A DNA stretch of 64,000 nt from a virus. Its lineage: Duplodnaviria; Heunggongvirae; Uroviricota; Caudoviricetes. Positions within the stretch are counted from its first letter, which is position 1. Every line of letters begins with the position of its first letter. The position numbers were made by a program, and so were the translations under genes. Below are positions 36,682 through 45,062 of this stretch, piece after piece. The notes under the pieces were generated by a model that searched no databases, was not told where the DNA came from, and worked only from the letters and a program-made list of their open reading frames with translations. The stretch lies in the IMG/VR virus record IMGVR_UViG_3300029914_000004; one strand, 5' to 3'.

Positions 36682-37310
36682 GTAACTTTGATAAACTGAA
36701 GAAACAATTAGATAAAGCAGAGGAAAATGCTTCTATTAAACGTGAAGAATTTTATGGTTTAATCACAGAAGTATTGTCTGTATTTAATTTGAATAATGAT
36801 CATTACGACGATGTATGGTCAAATGAAACTCATGTAATTGTGAACTATAGCTGGAGGGCTGCTGGATGTAACTGCTCAGATTCTATTACTCTCCCAAAGT
36901 CAATTTTTGATGCTGCTGATCCTGTTGCCGTCGCAAAAATTTATAAAAATGATCTTGATAATAGCAAGAAAAAGTCTGAACGTTCAATAAAATTAGAAGA
37001 ATTTAATGCTTTAAAGAAAGAACTTGGTGTAAAAATAATGAAAGCAACTCATCCAATACAACCATTAGTTAGCGACAAAGTTGGAACAACCAGATTTAAA
37101 GAAAATGCTATTGTTAGCTATCTTATTGACATTGCAACACAAAAAGGCATAGCAGACATGAATTCTCTGGCTATTATGAATTTCTCAAATGAAGATCGTG
37201 AGCAATTTGCTCAACTGATTGGATATTCATTGGACGGATTTGGTGAATTATCATATGTAAGTGATGAGACATATGATTTGGCTGCAAAGCAAAAAGTTTT
37301 TAAGGAATAA
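36678..37310 (+). CDS. hypothetical protein
   Basis: 210-aa ORF. Confidence 0.5.
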   Translation: MSNFDKLKKQLDKAEENASIKREEFYGLITEVLSVFNLNNDHYDDVWSNETHVIVNYSWRAAGCNCSDSITLPKSIFDAADPVAVAKIYKNDLDNSKKKSERSIKLEEFNALKKELGVKIMKATHPIQPLVSDKVGTTRFKENAIVSYLIDIATQKGIADMNSLAIMNFSNEDREQFAQLIGYSLDGFGELSYVSDETYDLAAKQKVFKE

Positions 37311-37329
37311 ATACAAGTGTTAAATAACG

Positions 37330-37700
37330 CTCGTGAAAGGACAGTATAAAATCAACGGACAACACACCGGTTCAACTCCGGTCAGGTCCACCAAATTTAT
37401 GATTCAATGTTTTATTTGGGCCTGTCATGGTATCGATTGACGTGTGGTTGGACTACTGACGAGCCGACTGGTGTGGCCATCGTAAATGGACACATAAACA
37501 ATAATTGCTACCTCTGGTATCAATGGCAGTGCAAAGATTTTCACGTATTCTGTGAATCTCCGCAACACTGAGCTAGTAAACGCCTAATAAGCTTTACTCC
37601 GAGGAGTTGTTCCGTCCTTGTAAAAGAAACGGAACTATAAAATTTCCTTTAACAACTCAGTAGATCACTGCATATAGGACAATTTTATTTTGCATCTAGA
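37330..37700 (+). ncRNA. ssrA: candidate circularly permuted (two-piece) tmRNA-like RNA
   Basis: T-arm plus 3' acceptor plus CCA (ACCGGTTCAACTCCGGT-CAGGTCC-A-CCA; GGTTCAACTCC is identical to the E. coli tmRNA T-arm) with no 5' acceptor upstream; perfectly complementary 5' acceptor GGGCCTG 14 nt downstream, followed by ATCGATTGACG (compare tmRNA GGATTCGACG); 420-nt ORF-free, GC-richer, hairpin-rich region; possible tag frame ending AAC GCC TAA TAA. Confidence 0.4.
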
Positions 37701-37741
37701 AAATAATGTAGATATTTCATTCTTATAGATAAGTTATCATC

Positions 37742-37924
37742 ATGAAAAAATTAATATATAAAATTCGTTTTGATCTTGGTTTCCTTTATCCATATGTTGT
37801 ATATAACTTTTTAGAAGGAACCACTATGGTTGATGACTTTCCTGAGCATGTGGAACATATAGAATTTTTTAAAACTGAGCAAGAAGCCAAAGATTTTATT
37901 CTAATAGAAAAGTTGGCAGCATGA
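37742..37924 (+). CDS. small-protein array gene 1 (C-terminus EQEAKDFILIEKLAA)
   Basis: Conserved roughly 45-nt 3' block; ATGA overlap with the next gene. Confidence 0.55.
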   Translation: MKKLIYKIRFDLGFLYPYVVYNFLEGTTMVDDFPEHVEHIEFFKTEQEAKDFILIEKLAA

Positions 37925-38097
37925 AAATAATATATACAATCGTCCCTCCATTTGAAGAAGAAATGAAATGGATGGTTATGAAAAGATGGATATCATCACA
38001 GGATGCATGTGTAGATTATAAAATACCAAGATTTTACAGATTTGAATCTGAGCAAGAAGCTGAAAATTTCATTTTATTAGAAAAGTTAGCATCATGA
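37921..38097 (+). CDS. small-protein array gene 2 (C-terminus SEQEAENFILLEKLAS)
   Basis: 58 aa; ATGA-coupled; below the ORF-track cutoff. Confidence 0.5.
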   Translation: MKIIYTIVPPFEEEMKWMVMKRWISSQDACVDYKIPRFYRFESEQEAENFILLEKLAS

Positions 38098-38285
38098 AAT
38101 ACTCATATCGTATAGATCATATTAAATATAGAACAATCTTTCAATGGTCAGTTAGAAAATATTCAAATTATTCTCATCCAAACAATAACAATTCGTGGGC
38201 GTGGAATTTATTATCAGAAAGTTTTTATTTTGAAACTGAGCAAGAAGCCAAAGATTTTGTTCTAATAGAGAAATTATCATCATGA
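38094..38285 (+). CDS. small-protein array gene 3 (C-terminus TEQEAKDFVLIEKLSS)
   Basis: ATGA-coupled. Confidence 0.55.
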   Translation: MKYSYRIDHIKYRTIFQWSVRKYSNYSHPNNNNSWAWNLLSESFYFETEQEAKDFVLIEKLSS

Positions 38286-38455
38286 AAATAACATATGAGC
38301 TACTTGAATTAGATAATGGATGGGGAGTAGCTGCGCGGCAGCAAAAAACTCCGCAAGATGCATTTCTTCGTCAAGAGGCAAGAACAAATATGTTTTGGTT
38401 TTCAAATAGAAAAGAAGCAGAAGATTTCATTTTAATAGAAAAGTTGGCAGAATGA
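38282..38455 (+). CDS. small-protein array gene 4 (C-terminus NRKEAEDFILIEKLAE)
   Basis: 57 aa; ATGA-coupled. Confidence 0.5.
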   Translation: MKITYELLELDNGWGVAARQQKTPQDAFLRQEARTNMFWFSNRKEAEDFILIEKLAE

Positions 38456-38637
38456 AAAAATATACAATCATCCCTCCACAGGAATACAATGATAAATGGA
38501 TAGTCCGGGAAAGACTATATGTTGGAGATACTGAATGTGTGATTAATACCATTGAACTTAAAATTCCTAAAGTTTATATATTTGATTCTAAGAAAGAAGC
38601 AGAAGATTTCATTTTAATAGAAAAATTATCATCATGA
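38452..38637 (+). CDS. small-protein array gene 5 (C-terminus SKKEAEDFILIEKLSS)
   Basis: ATGA-coupled. Confidence 0.55.
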   Translation: MKKYTIIPPQEYNDKWIVRERLYVGDTECVINTIELKIPKVYIFDSKKEAEDFILIEKLSS

Positions 38638-38774
38638 AACGAAAATATAATCTTTATCATCTTACAAAATGGTATGTAGAAGTATGGGCTGAAAGTTTAT
38701 GCCCTCTTTTATATTCATTTGATTCTAAGAAAGAAGCAGAAGATTTCATTTTAATAGAAAAATTATCATCATGA
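38634..38774 (+). CDS. small-protein array gene 6 (C-terminus SKKEAEDFILIEKLSS)
   Basis: 46 aa; its 3' 45 nt are identical to gene 5. Confidence 0.45.
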   Translation: MKRKYNLYHLTKWYVEVWAESLCPLLYSFDSKKEAEDFILIEKLSS

Positions 38775-38798
38775 AACTAAGAAAGAGGCAGAAAAATT

Positions 38799-39056
38799 AT
38801 GTCAATGAAAATTTTATGCACGCCAACAAAATCAGCGAGTGATTTTGGAGAATATAATCCAATCAGAAAATGGAAAATTGAACCAAAAATTTATGAACCA
38901 GAAAAATTTCTTTACAAAACATGGTTTGAATTAAATAGCGAGGATACTAAAAGAAACTATGGTGTTTCATTCTTACTGGGAACATTATTTACAGCAGAAT
39001 TCACCTCCAAAAAAGAAGCTGAAATTTTTTCAGTAATAGATAAACTCATAAGTTGA
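38799..39056 (+). CDS. small-protein array gene 7 (C-terminus SKKEAEIFSVIDKLIS)
   Basis: 85 aa; overlaps the start of the next gene. Confidence 0.55.
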   Translation: MSMKILCTPTKSASDFGEYNPIRKWKIEPKIYEPEKFLYKTWFELNSEDTKRNYGVSFLLGTLFTAEFTSKKEAEIFSVIDKLIS

Positions 39057-40483
39057 TAAATACTAATATGAGATTCAATGAACTATTAACGGAATACAAT
39101 TCAAGTCCATCAAATTTGATAAATTTAGCATCTCAAATAGATGCTAGGGTTGGAATTGAATTTGAAATGATAGTTCCAGGAATTTTGAAGAAACTTGTAA
39201 AAGAACGCGATAGTGATGCTGATGTTTATTGTACATCAATTGATCAAATTGTAGATTTCTTTGATCATGATCAAATAAATTCGCCTCATGATTTGCGATA
39301 TTTACGAACTAGCCTTGAAACAAATTTTAGAGAATATCTTGAGAATAAAGCTGACAAAAACTGGGATAAAGAAGAAGATATTGTTCTTCATAAATATGCT
39401 GAAGAACAAACTGGAGAAGACGAAGAATGCGAGGAGTTATATAACGATCTTCTTCGTGGAAAAAGCAGAGAGTTTTTTAATATTAAAGAAGATTGGATTC
39501 AAGAGTGGATTCTAGATAATAAATATTCTCTGGAATCTGATTGGTTGGACGATGCTGGCTATGTAACTATGGAAGAAGTAAACAGAGAACATGATATTGA
39601 CTGGCCATACTTTCTTGAAGTTAATTCAGGAGGAGATTTGGATTTAGATGATTTGGCTGATGAATTTGAATATGTAATTCAAAATAAAGTATCAGTCAAT
39701 AATGAATATCATAATCAAACCAAAAGATTGGATAGTTGGTATCTAGAGCCTGATGAAAGTATTATTCCCAGCGGGAATGATTCAACTGGCTTGGAATTTG
39801 TATCTCCTCCAATGCCATTTTTAGAAATGGTAGTTTCTATTAACAAAATTATTTCATGGGCAACGAGCAATAACTATTATACTAATAAATCTACTGGACT
39901 GCATGTTAACGTAAGTATAAAAAATGGTAAATTGCTCAACATAGATTATGTCAAATTAGTTCTATTGCTTGGTGATAATTATATTCTAGATAAATTTGGC
40001 AGAGGAGCAAATAGCTACTGTAGACCAGCATTGGGAAAGATTAATGCTGCGATTAAGCTTCATCCAGAAATGATTAGAAATTATTTAATGCAAATGAAAC
40101 AACAATTAAATAATTTTTCTATGAAACTTATAACAACTACAGACAAGTACACCAGCATCAATTTAAAAAGCGGTTATGTTGAATTTAGAAGTCCAGGCGG
40201 AAATTGGTTAAAAGAAGATATTACGGTGCTTCAATCAACCATTGCCAGATTTATTGTTGCATTAGATGCTGCATGTGATCCCACTAAATATCAAAAAGAA
40301 TACGCAACAAAATTATATAAATTAATTCAAGGATCTACACCTACTGATGAAAACTCTGATACTATTTCATATTTTTCTCAGTACGCTGCTGGAAAATTAA
40401 GCAAAGAAGAATTAGTATCAATCATAAAACAAATACAATCTAATAGAAATTATACCAAATATAAACCTACAATAGAAAGTTGA
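39053..40483 (+). CDS. hypothetical acidic protein
   Basis: 476-aa ORF, D/E-rich. Confidence 0.55.
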   Translation: MINTNMRFNELLTEYNSSPSNLINLASQIDARVGIEFEMIVPGILKKLVKERDSDADVYCTSIDQIVDFFDHDQINSPHDLRYLRTSLETNFREYLENKADKNWDKEEDIVLHKYAEEQTGEDEECEELYNDLLRGKSREFFNIKEDWIQEWILDNKYSLESDWLDDAGYVTMEEVNREHDIDWPYFLEVNSGGDLDLDDLADEFEYVIQNKVSVNNEYHNQTKRLDSWYLEPDESIIPSGNDSTGLEFVSPPMPFLEMVVSINKIISWATSNNYYTNKSTGLHVNVSIKNGKLLNIDYVKLVLLLGDNYILDKFGRGANSYCRPALGKINAAIKLHPEMIRNYLMQMKQQLNNFSMKLITTTDKYTSINLKSGYVEFRSPGGNWLKEDITVLQSTIARFIVALDAACDPTKYQKEYATKLYKLIQGSTPTDENSDTISYFSQYAAGKLSKEELVSIIKQIQSNRNYTKYKPTIES

Positions 40484-41064
40484 AATACATGTCGCAAAAA
40501 TTATCATCCACTAAAATCCAATATATGGATTTAGAAATGCAATGTTGGGAAGATGGAAATTGCCCCATAGATCAAACAAATCATATAATTCAAATTGGAT
40601 TAGTTGAAGTTGATGCAACTGACCTAGTGATAATTCGTCAAGAAAATTATTATATCAGACCAAAAAATAAAAATTTTGATATTAGTAATTATTGTACAAA
40701 TCTTACTGGTATTACCAAAGAAAAAATTATTTCAGAAGGACGAAGATTTTCGGATGTAATGCAGACGATAAAAAATGAATTCAGCCCCAGGAATAAAGTA
40801 TCATATTCTTGGGGATCAGACAATGATGCAATCATAAGTCATTGTAAAGATTATAACTGTTATAATCCATGGCAAAATACAGGAATTTGGGATTTAGGAA
40901 TTATATTTCAAAGTACATTCTTATTGAAACGAAAACTTGCTTTGGGAAAAGCATTGGAATTTTTAAATGTGCCTTTTAATGGCACTCCTCATAATGCTGT
41001 TTGGGATGCTGCTTCATTGGCTGATTTGCACATAGAAATGATGAAGAGATTGAGAGAGAAATAA
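40480..41064 (+). CDS. DEDDh 3'-5' exonuclease (DnaQ/RNase T-like)
   Basis: Motif I YMDLEM and motif III HNAVWDAASLADL (H-x4-D). Confidence 0.55.
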   Translation: MKYMSQKLSSTKIQYMDLEMQCWEDGNCPIDQTNHIIQIGLVEVDATDLVIIRQENYYIRPKNKNFDISNYCTNLTGITKEKIISEGRRFSDVMQTIKNEFSPRNKVSYSWGSDNDAIISHCKDYNCYNPWQNTGIWDLGIIFQSTFLLKRKLALGKALEFLNVPFNGTPHNAVWDAASLADLHIEMMKRLREK

Positions 41065-41158
41065 TGATAGAAGATATAGACAGTATTATTCCAATGGAAG
41101 CAACAACAGAAGAAGATGCATTTCTTTGGTATCTTAATGGAGAGTTGGCGGATAAAAA

Positions 41159-41599
41159 ATGAAAATAGAATTATATCATTCCGAACTTGCTACTTTATTA
41201 AAAGCATTGAGTCCATTTACTAATCCACAAGAATGGGAAAGCGAAGAATTCGAGAATATTAATAATATTCTAAAAGAAAAAATTGCTGATCCTTTTATTA
41301 GAAGTTGTGCTTCTGGACACGCTAAAATTTTTTATCCTGGTGAATGGAATATTTCTACAATAATTGATACAGTACGAGAAAGAGAATATTTTAATATTTT
41401 GATTGTTGGTGATGAATATAAATATAACGAAATATATAATATCTGCAACTCAGTTGATAATCCACATATAAAAATCGCAAATAAAACAAGAAATTTTATT
41501 GATTTTTATTCAGGGCCAATGTGCCATTTTTTAAATTGTAAAGATGAAAATATTGAAAATAAAATACGAGGTACGAGATACGATTGTATGTTTTTATAA
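41159..41599 (+). CDS. hypothetical protein
   Basis: 146-aa ORF. Confidence 0.45.
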   Translation: MKIELYHSELATLLKALSPFTNPQEWESEEFENINNILKEKIADPFIRSCASGHAKIFYPGEWNISTIIDTVREREYFNILIVGDEYKYNEIYNICNSVDNPHIKIANKTRNFIDFYSGPMCHFLNCKDENIENKIRGTRYDCMFL

Positions 41600-41644
41600 T
41601 TGACATTATGAAAATTTATATGTATGATAAATTAAGAGGAATAA

Positions 41645-42196
41645 ATGAATATTATATATAAAGAAATTGAATTTGATTATGGACATAGAGTTGCACTACA
41701 TGAAACTTTTGACGGCAAGCCAGGAAAATGTAGTTCATGTCATGGCCACAGAGGGAAAGTGATTGCTTATCTTTCTGGAAAATTATTTGAGAGTGGCCCC
41801 CAAACTCAAATGATTTTTGATTATGGTTTTCTAAAAAATTTACTTGTTGAAAATATTGATGCTCATTGCGATCATGCTATGATATTGTCGTTTAAAGATG
41901 AAAAATTTATGGGAATGGCATATAGTGATCGATTGACTAAAGAAATTTATATAGATTGGCATAATAATATCAAAAAATCAATTAAAATTGATAGTTTTTG
42001 GTTTGGTCAAACAAATTTTGGAAAAACATATATCATAGCAGATTACCCAACAGCAGAATCTTTGGCCAAACATTTTTTTGAAATTTTAAGACCAAAAATT
42101 TTAGTTGCTACAAACAATCAAGCACGACTAGATTCTATAGTATTCAAAGAAACTCCTACTTCTGGCGCTGAATACAAAGGAAATTATGTGGATTAA
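41645..42196 (+). CDS. queD: 6-pyruvoyl-tetrahydropterin synthase family (QueD-like)
   Basis: FDYGHR...CSSCHGH (C-x3-HGH zinc motif), DAHCDHAMIL (compare DHHYLN). Confidence 0.65.
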   Translation: MNIIYKEIEFDYGHRVALHETFDGKPGKCSSCHGHRGKVIAYLSGKLFESGPQTQMIFDYGFLKNLLVENIDAHCDHAMILSFKDEKFMGMAYSDRLTKEIYIDWHNNIKKSIKIDSFWFGQTNFGKTYIIADYPTAESLAKHFFEILRPKILVATNNQARLDSIVFKETPTSGAEYKGNYVD

Positions 42197-42389
42197 TCCA
42201 ACAAATGTGACAGGTCCTATTGAATATCACTATGATCGTCGAGAGAAAATTCCTGAAGAACATAGATGCAAACAGTGCGATGGCCTTGGTATATATCGAT
42301 GGCGACATAGTTGTTTTGTGACAGATGAAGGAGATTGGAAAGAATGTTGGTCTTGTAACGGAAGTGGAATAAAAACTGTACGTTTTTAG
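42186..42389 (+). CDS. DnaJ-type zinc-finger (CxxCxGxG x2) small protein
   Basis: CKQCDGLGIY and CWSCNGSGI. Confidence 0.5.
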   Translation: MWINPTNVTGPIEYHYDRREKIPEEHRCKQCDGLGIYRWRHSCFVTDEGDWKECWSCNGSGIKTVRF

Positions 42390-42463
42390 TTGGCATTTCA
42401 TGTTTATCATGATACTATTACTTCAGTGAGTAAATAAACCACTCATAGATATGCATATAACGC

Positions 42464-42494
42464 CAAAATCCAGAGCATTTGCTCTGGATTTTCG
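42464..42494 (+). terminator. rho-independent terminator
   Basis: AATCCAGAGCA-TT-TGCTCTGGATTTT. Confidence 0.7.
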
Positions 42495-42528
42495 ACATTT
42501 GGTTGATTCTAAAGAACTTATTTTCTTA

Positions 42529-42557
42529 TTGACAAATAAATTTATTTAGGATATTCT
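42529..42557 (+). promoter_or_regulatory. family promoter
   Basis: TTGACA-N17-TATTCT then 6 nt then ATG. Confidence 0.6.
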
Positions 42558-42563
42558 TTATAT

Positions 42564-43046
42564 ATGAATGAAAAAGCACAACTGGCTGCTGTTCAACAAA
42601 ATGGTTATGCAATTCAATACATCGACAAGCCAAGCGAAGCTATGCAAATGGCTGCTGTTCAACAAAATGGTTGTGCAATTGAATACATCAGCAAGCCAAG
42701 CGAAGCTGTGCAAATGGCTGCTGTTCAACAAAATGGTCGGGCAATTTACTACATCGACAAGCCAAGCGAAGCTGTGCAACTGGCTGCTGTTCAACAAAAT
42801 GGTTATGCAATTGAATACATCGACAAGCCAAGCGAAGCTGTGCAAATGGCTGCTGTTCAACAATATGGTCGTGCAATTGAATACATCAGCAAGCCAAGCG
42901 AAGCTGTGCAAATGGCTGCTGTTCAAGAAGATAGTTGGGCAATTTGCTACATCGACAAGCCAAGCGAAACTGTGCAAATGGCTGCTGTTCAACGAAATTA
43001 TTGGGCAATTCAATTCATAAAAAGCCAACAATTAATGTCAAATTAA
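42564..43046 (+). CDS. DUF4116-like tandem-repeat protein (about 7 repeats; frameshifted C-terminus)
   Basis: An A-run one nt shorter than in sister copies converts ...KPTINVKLMAKLLS into ...SQQLMSN*. Confidence 0.65.
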   Translation: MNEKAQLAAVQQNGYAIQYIDKPSEAMQMAAVQQNGCAIEYISKPSEAVQMAAVQQNGRAIYYIDKPSEAVQLAAVQQNGYAIEYIDKPSEAVQMAAVQQYGRAIEYISKPSEAVQMAAVQEDSWAICYIDKPSETVQMAAVQRNYWAIQFIKSQQLMSN

Positions 43047-43096
43047 TGGCTAAATTGCTGTCTTAAAATATTCAAAACAAAGCACTTATTTTCTTA

Positions 43097-43125
43097 TTGA
43101 CTTTACTCTTAACCTTTGATACAAT
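43097..43125 (+). promoter_or_regulatory. promoter (TTGACT-N17-TACAAT)
   Basis: Near-duplicate of 18213; leader carries GGAGAG RBS. Confidence 0.5.
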
Positions 43126-43143
43126 ATATTTATTGGAGAGTAT

Positions 43144-43455
43144 ATGACTGATATGACAGTTGCAAAGACGATTCTAGAACAGCTCGGCGGCCCTCGTTTT
43201 TTGGTAATGACTGGCGCTCGTGGTCTGGTTGGCTCCGAAAATTCTCTTAGTTTCAAAGTTCCAAATGCCGCAAAGAAGATTACACAAGTGATTATAACTA
43301 TAATGCCTTCAGATACTTACAAGATGGAATTCATAAATTGCCGAATGGCGGCGCATGGGTTAAAACGTGAAATTATCAGTTCATTTGATGATGTTTATTG
43401 TGATCAACTTCAAAAAATCTTCACTGAAGAGACAGCTCTTTATACTCATATTTAA
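43144..43455 (+). CDS. hypothetical protein (GC-richer cassette)
   Basis: 103-aa ORF. Confidence 0.45.
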   Translation: MTDMTVAKTILEQLGGPRFLVMTGARGLVGSENSLSFKVPNAAKKITQVIITIMPSDTYKMEFINCRMAAHGLKREIISSFDDVYCDQLQKIFTEETALYTHI

Positions 43456-43496
43456 ATTATACATATTATCATATATAATCCATCCATAAAGTAAAC

Positions 43497-43526
43497 AAAA
43501 GCCCCATGAGATTGTCATGGGGCTTT
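43497..43526 (+). terminator. rho-independent terminator
   Basis: AAAAGCCCCATGA-GATTG-TCATGGGGCTTTC. Confidence 0.75.
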
Positions 43527-43720
43527 CTGCTACGCCAAAATACCTTTTTAAGTCATTGATTCTAAAGACCCAAAAACAAGAAAAATGCCCTATAACCCGC
43601 TCTAAGCCCCTCAGACATGTCCAAGTGCCATAAAGCAAATAATATTGCTTAAAAGGCATTTTTAAGCTCTTTGTTTTGTGTTTGTTACAAATTGTTGATT
43701 GCAAAGCACTTATTTTCTTA

Positions 43721-43749
43721 TTGACAAATAAATTTATTTAGGATATTCT
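43721..43749 (+). promoter_or_regulatory. family promoter
   Basis: TTGACA-N17-TATTCT. Confidence 0.6.
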
Positions 43750-43755
43750 TTATAT

Positions 43756-44127
43756 ATGAATGAAAAAGCACAACTGGCTGCTGTTCAACGAAATTATCGT
43801 GCAATTCAATACATCGACAAGCCAAGCGAAGCTGTGCAAATGGTTGCTGTTCAACAATATGGTCGTGCAATTTACTACATCGACAAGCCAAGCGAAGCTG
43901 TGCAACTGGCTGCTGTTCAACAAGATGGTCGTGCAATTCAACACATCGACAAGCCAAGCGAAGCTGTGCAAATGGCTGCTGTTCAAGAAACTAGTCGGGC
44001 AATTTGCTACATCGACAAGCCAAGCGAAACTGTGCAAATGGCTGCTGTTCAACGAGATAGTTGGGCAATTCAATTCATAAAAAAGCCAACAATTAATGTC
44101 AAATTAATGGCTAAATTGCTGTCTTAA
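43756..44127 (+). CDS. DUF4116-like tandem-repeat protein (about 5 repeats)
   Basis: Repeats plus canonical C-terminus PTINVKLMAKLLS. Confidence 0.7.
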   Translation: MNEKAQLAAVQRNYRAIQYIDKPSEAVQMVAVQQYGRAIYYIDKPSEAVQLAAVQQDGRAIQHIDKPSEAVQMAAVQETSRAICYIDKPSETVQMAAVQRDSWAIQFIKKPTINVKLMAKLLS

Positions 44128-44157
44128 CATATTCAAAGCAAAGCACTTATTTTCTTA

Positions 44158-44186
44158 TTGACAAATAAATTTATTTAGGATATTCT
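44158..44186 (+). promoter_or_regulatory. family promoter
   Basis: TTGACA-N17-TATTCT. Confidence 0.6.
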
Positions 44187-44192
44187 TTATAT

Positions 44193-44828
44193 ATGGATGA
44201 AAAAGCACAACTGGCTGCTGTTCGACAAGATGGTCGTGCAATTAAATACATCGACAAGCCAAGCGAAGCTGTGCAAATGGCTGCTGTTCGACAAGATGGT
44301 TGGGCAATTAAATACATCAGCAAGCCAAGCGAAGCTGTGCAAATGGCTGCTGTTCAACAATATGGTCGTGCAATTTACTACATCGACAAGCCAAGCGAAG
44401 CTGTGCAAATGGCTGCTGTTCAACAATATGGTCGTGCAATTTACTACATCGACAAGCCAAGCGAAGCTGTGCAACTGGCTGCTGTTCAACAAACTAGTCG
44501 TGCAATTCAATACATCGACAAGCCAAGCGAAGCTGTGCAAATGGCTGCTGTTCAACAATATGGTTGTGCAATTTACTACATCGACAAGCCAAGCGAAGCT
44601 GTGCAACTGGCTGCTGTTCAACAAGATGGTCGTGCAATTCAACACATCGACAAACCAAGCGAAGCTGTGCAACTGGCTGCTGTTCAAGAAGATGGTTGTG
44701 CAATTAAATACATCAGCAAGCCAAGCGAAGCTGTGCAAATGGCTGCTGTTCAACAAAATGGTTGTGCAATTGAATGCATAAAAAAGCCAACAATTAATGT
44801 CAAATTAATGGCTAAATTGCTGTCTTAA
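44193..44828 (+). CDS. DUF4116-like tandem-repeat protein (about 10 repeats)
   Basis: Repeats plus canonical C-terminus. Confidence 0.7.
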   Translation: MDEKAQLAAVRQDGRAIKYIDKPSEAVQMAAVRQDGWAIKYISKPSEAVQMAAVQQYGRAIYYIDKPSEAVQMAAVQQYGRAIYYIDKPSEAVQLAAVQQTSRAIQYIDKPSEAVQMAAVQQYGCAIYYIDKPSEAVQLAAVQQDGRAIQHIDKPSEAVQLAAVQEDGCAIKYISKPSEAVQMAAVQQNGCAIECIKKPTINVKLMAKLLS

Positions 44829-44858
44829 CATATTCAAAGCAAAGCACTTATTTTCTTA

Positions 44859-44887
44859 TTGACAAACAACCCAAACTTTGGTATTAT
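44859..44887 (+). promoter_or_regulatory. family promoter (TTGACA-N17-TATTAT), leaderless
   Basis: Same architecture; ATG 6 nt after the -10. Confidence 0.5.
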
Positions 44888-44893
44888 CTTTAT

Positions 44894-44986
44894 ATGGAGG
44901 AACACATGACGACTTTTCTGATCAAAGAAATCAAGATTTTGGCAATTCTTACACTCGCTACCATTCTGTTTGCTGCGTTTACCTAA
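44894..44986 (+). CDS. tiny membrane peptide (30 aa)
   Basis: MEEHMTTFLIKEIKILAILTLATILFAAFT. Confidence 0.3.
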   Translation: MEEHMTTFLIKEIKILAILTLATILFAAFT

Positions 44987-45011
44987 AATCTGAAAATTCT
45001 GAATTTTTAGG

Positions 45012-45040
45012 TTGACAAACACCACCAACTTTGTTATGAT
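45012..45040 (+). promoter_or_regulatory. family promoter (TTGACA-N17-TATGAT) with a leader and GGAG RBS
   Basis: Same spacing. Confidence 0.5.
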
Positions 45041-45062
45041 TAAAACACTGGAGAAAACAACG

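Noticed and set aside
37340-37400. Reading the T-arm plus CCA element as an ordinary tRNA gene or as an attachment-site tRNA fragment
   Set aside because: No 5' acceptor or D-arm is present upstream because coding sequence abuts it, whereas a perfectly complementary 5' acceptor lies downstream. This fits a permuted tmRNA better. No integrase is seen, so an att-site interpretation is unsupported.
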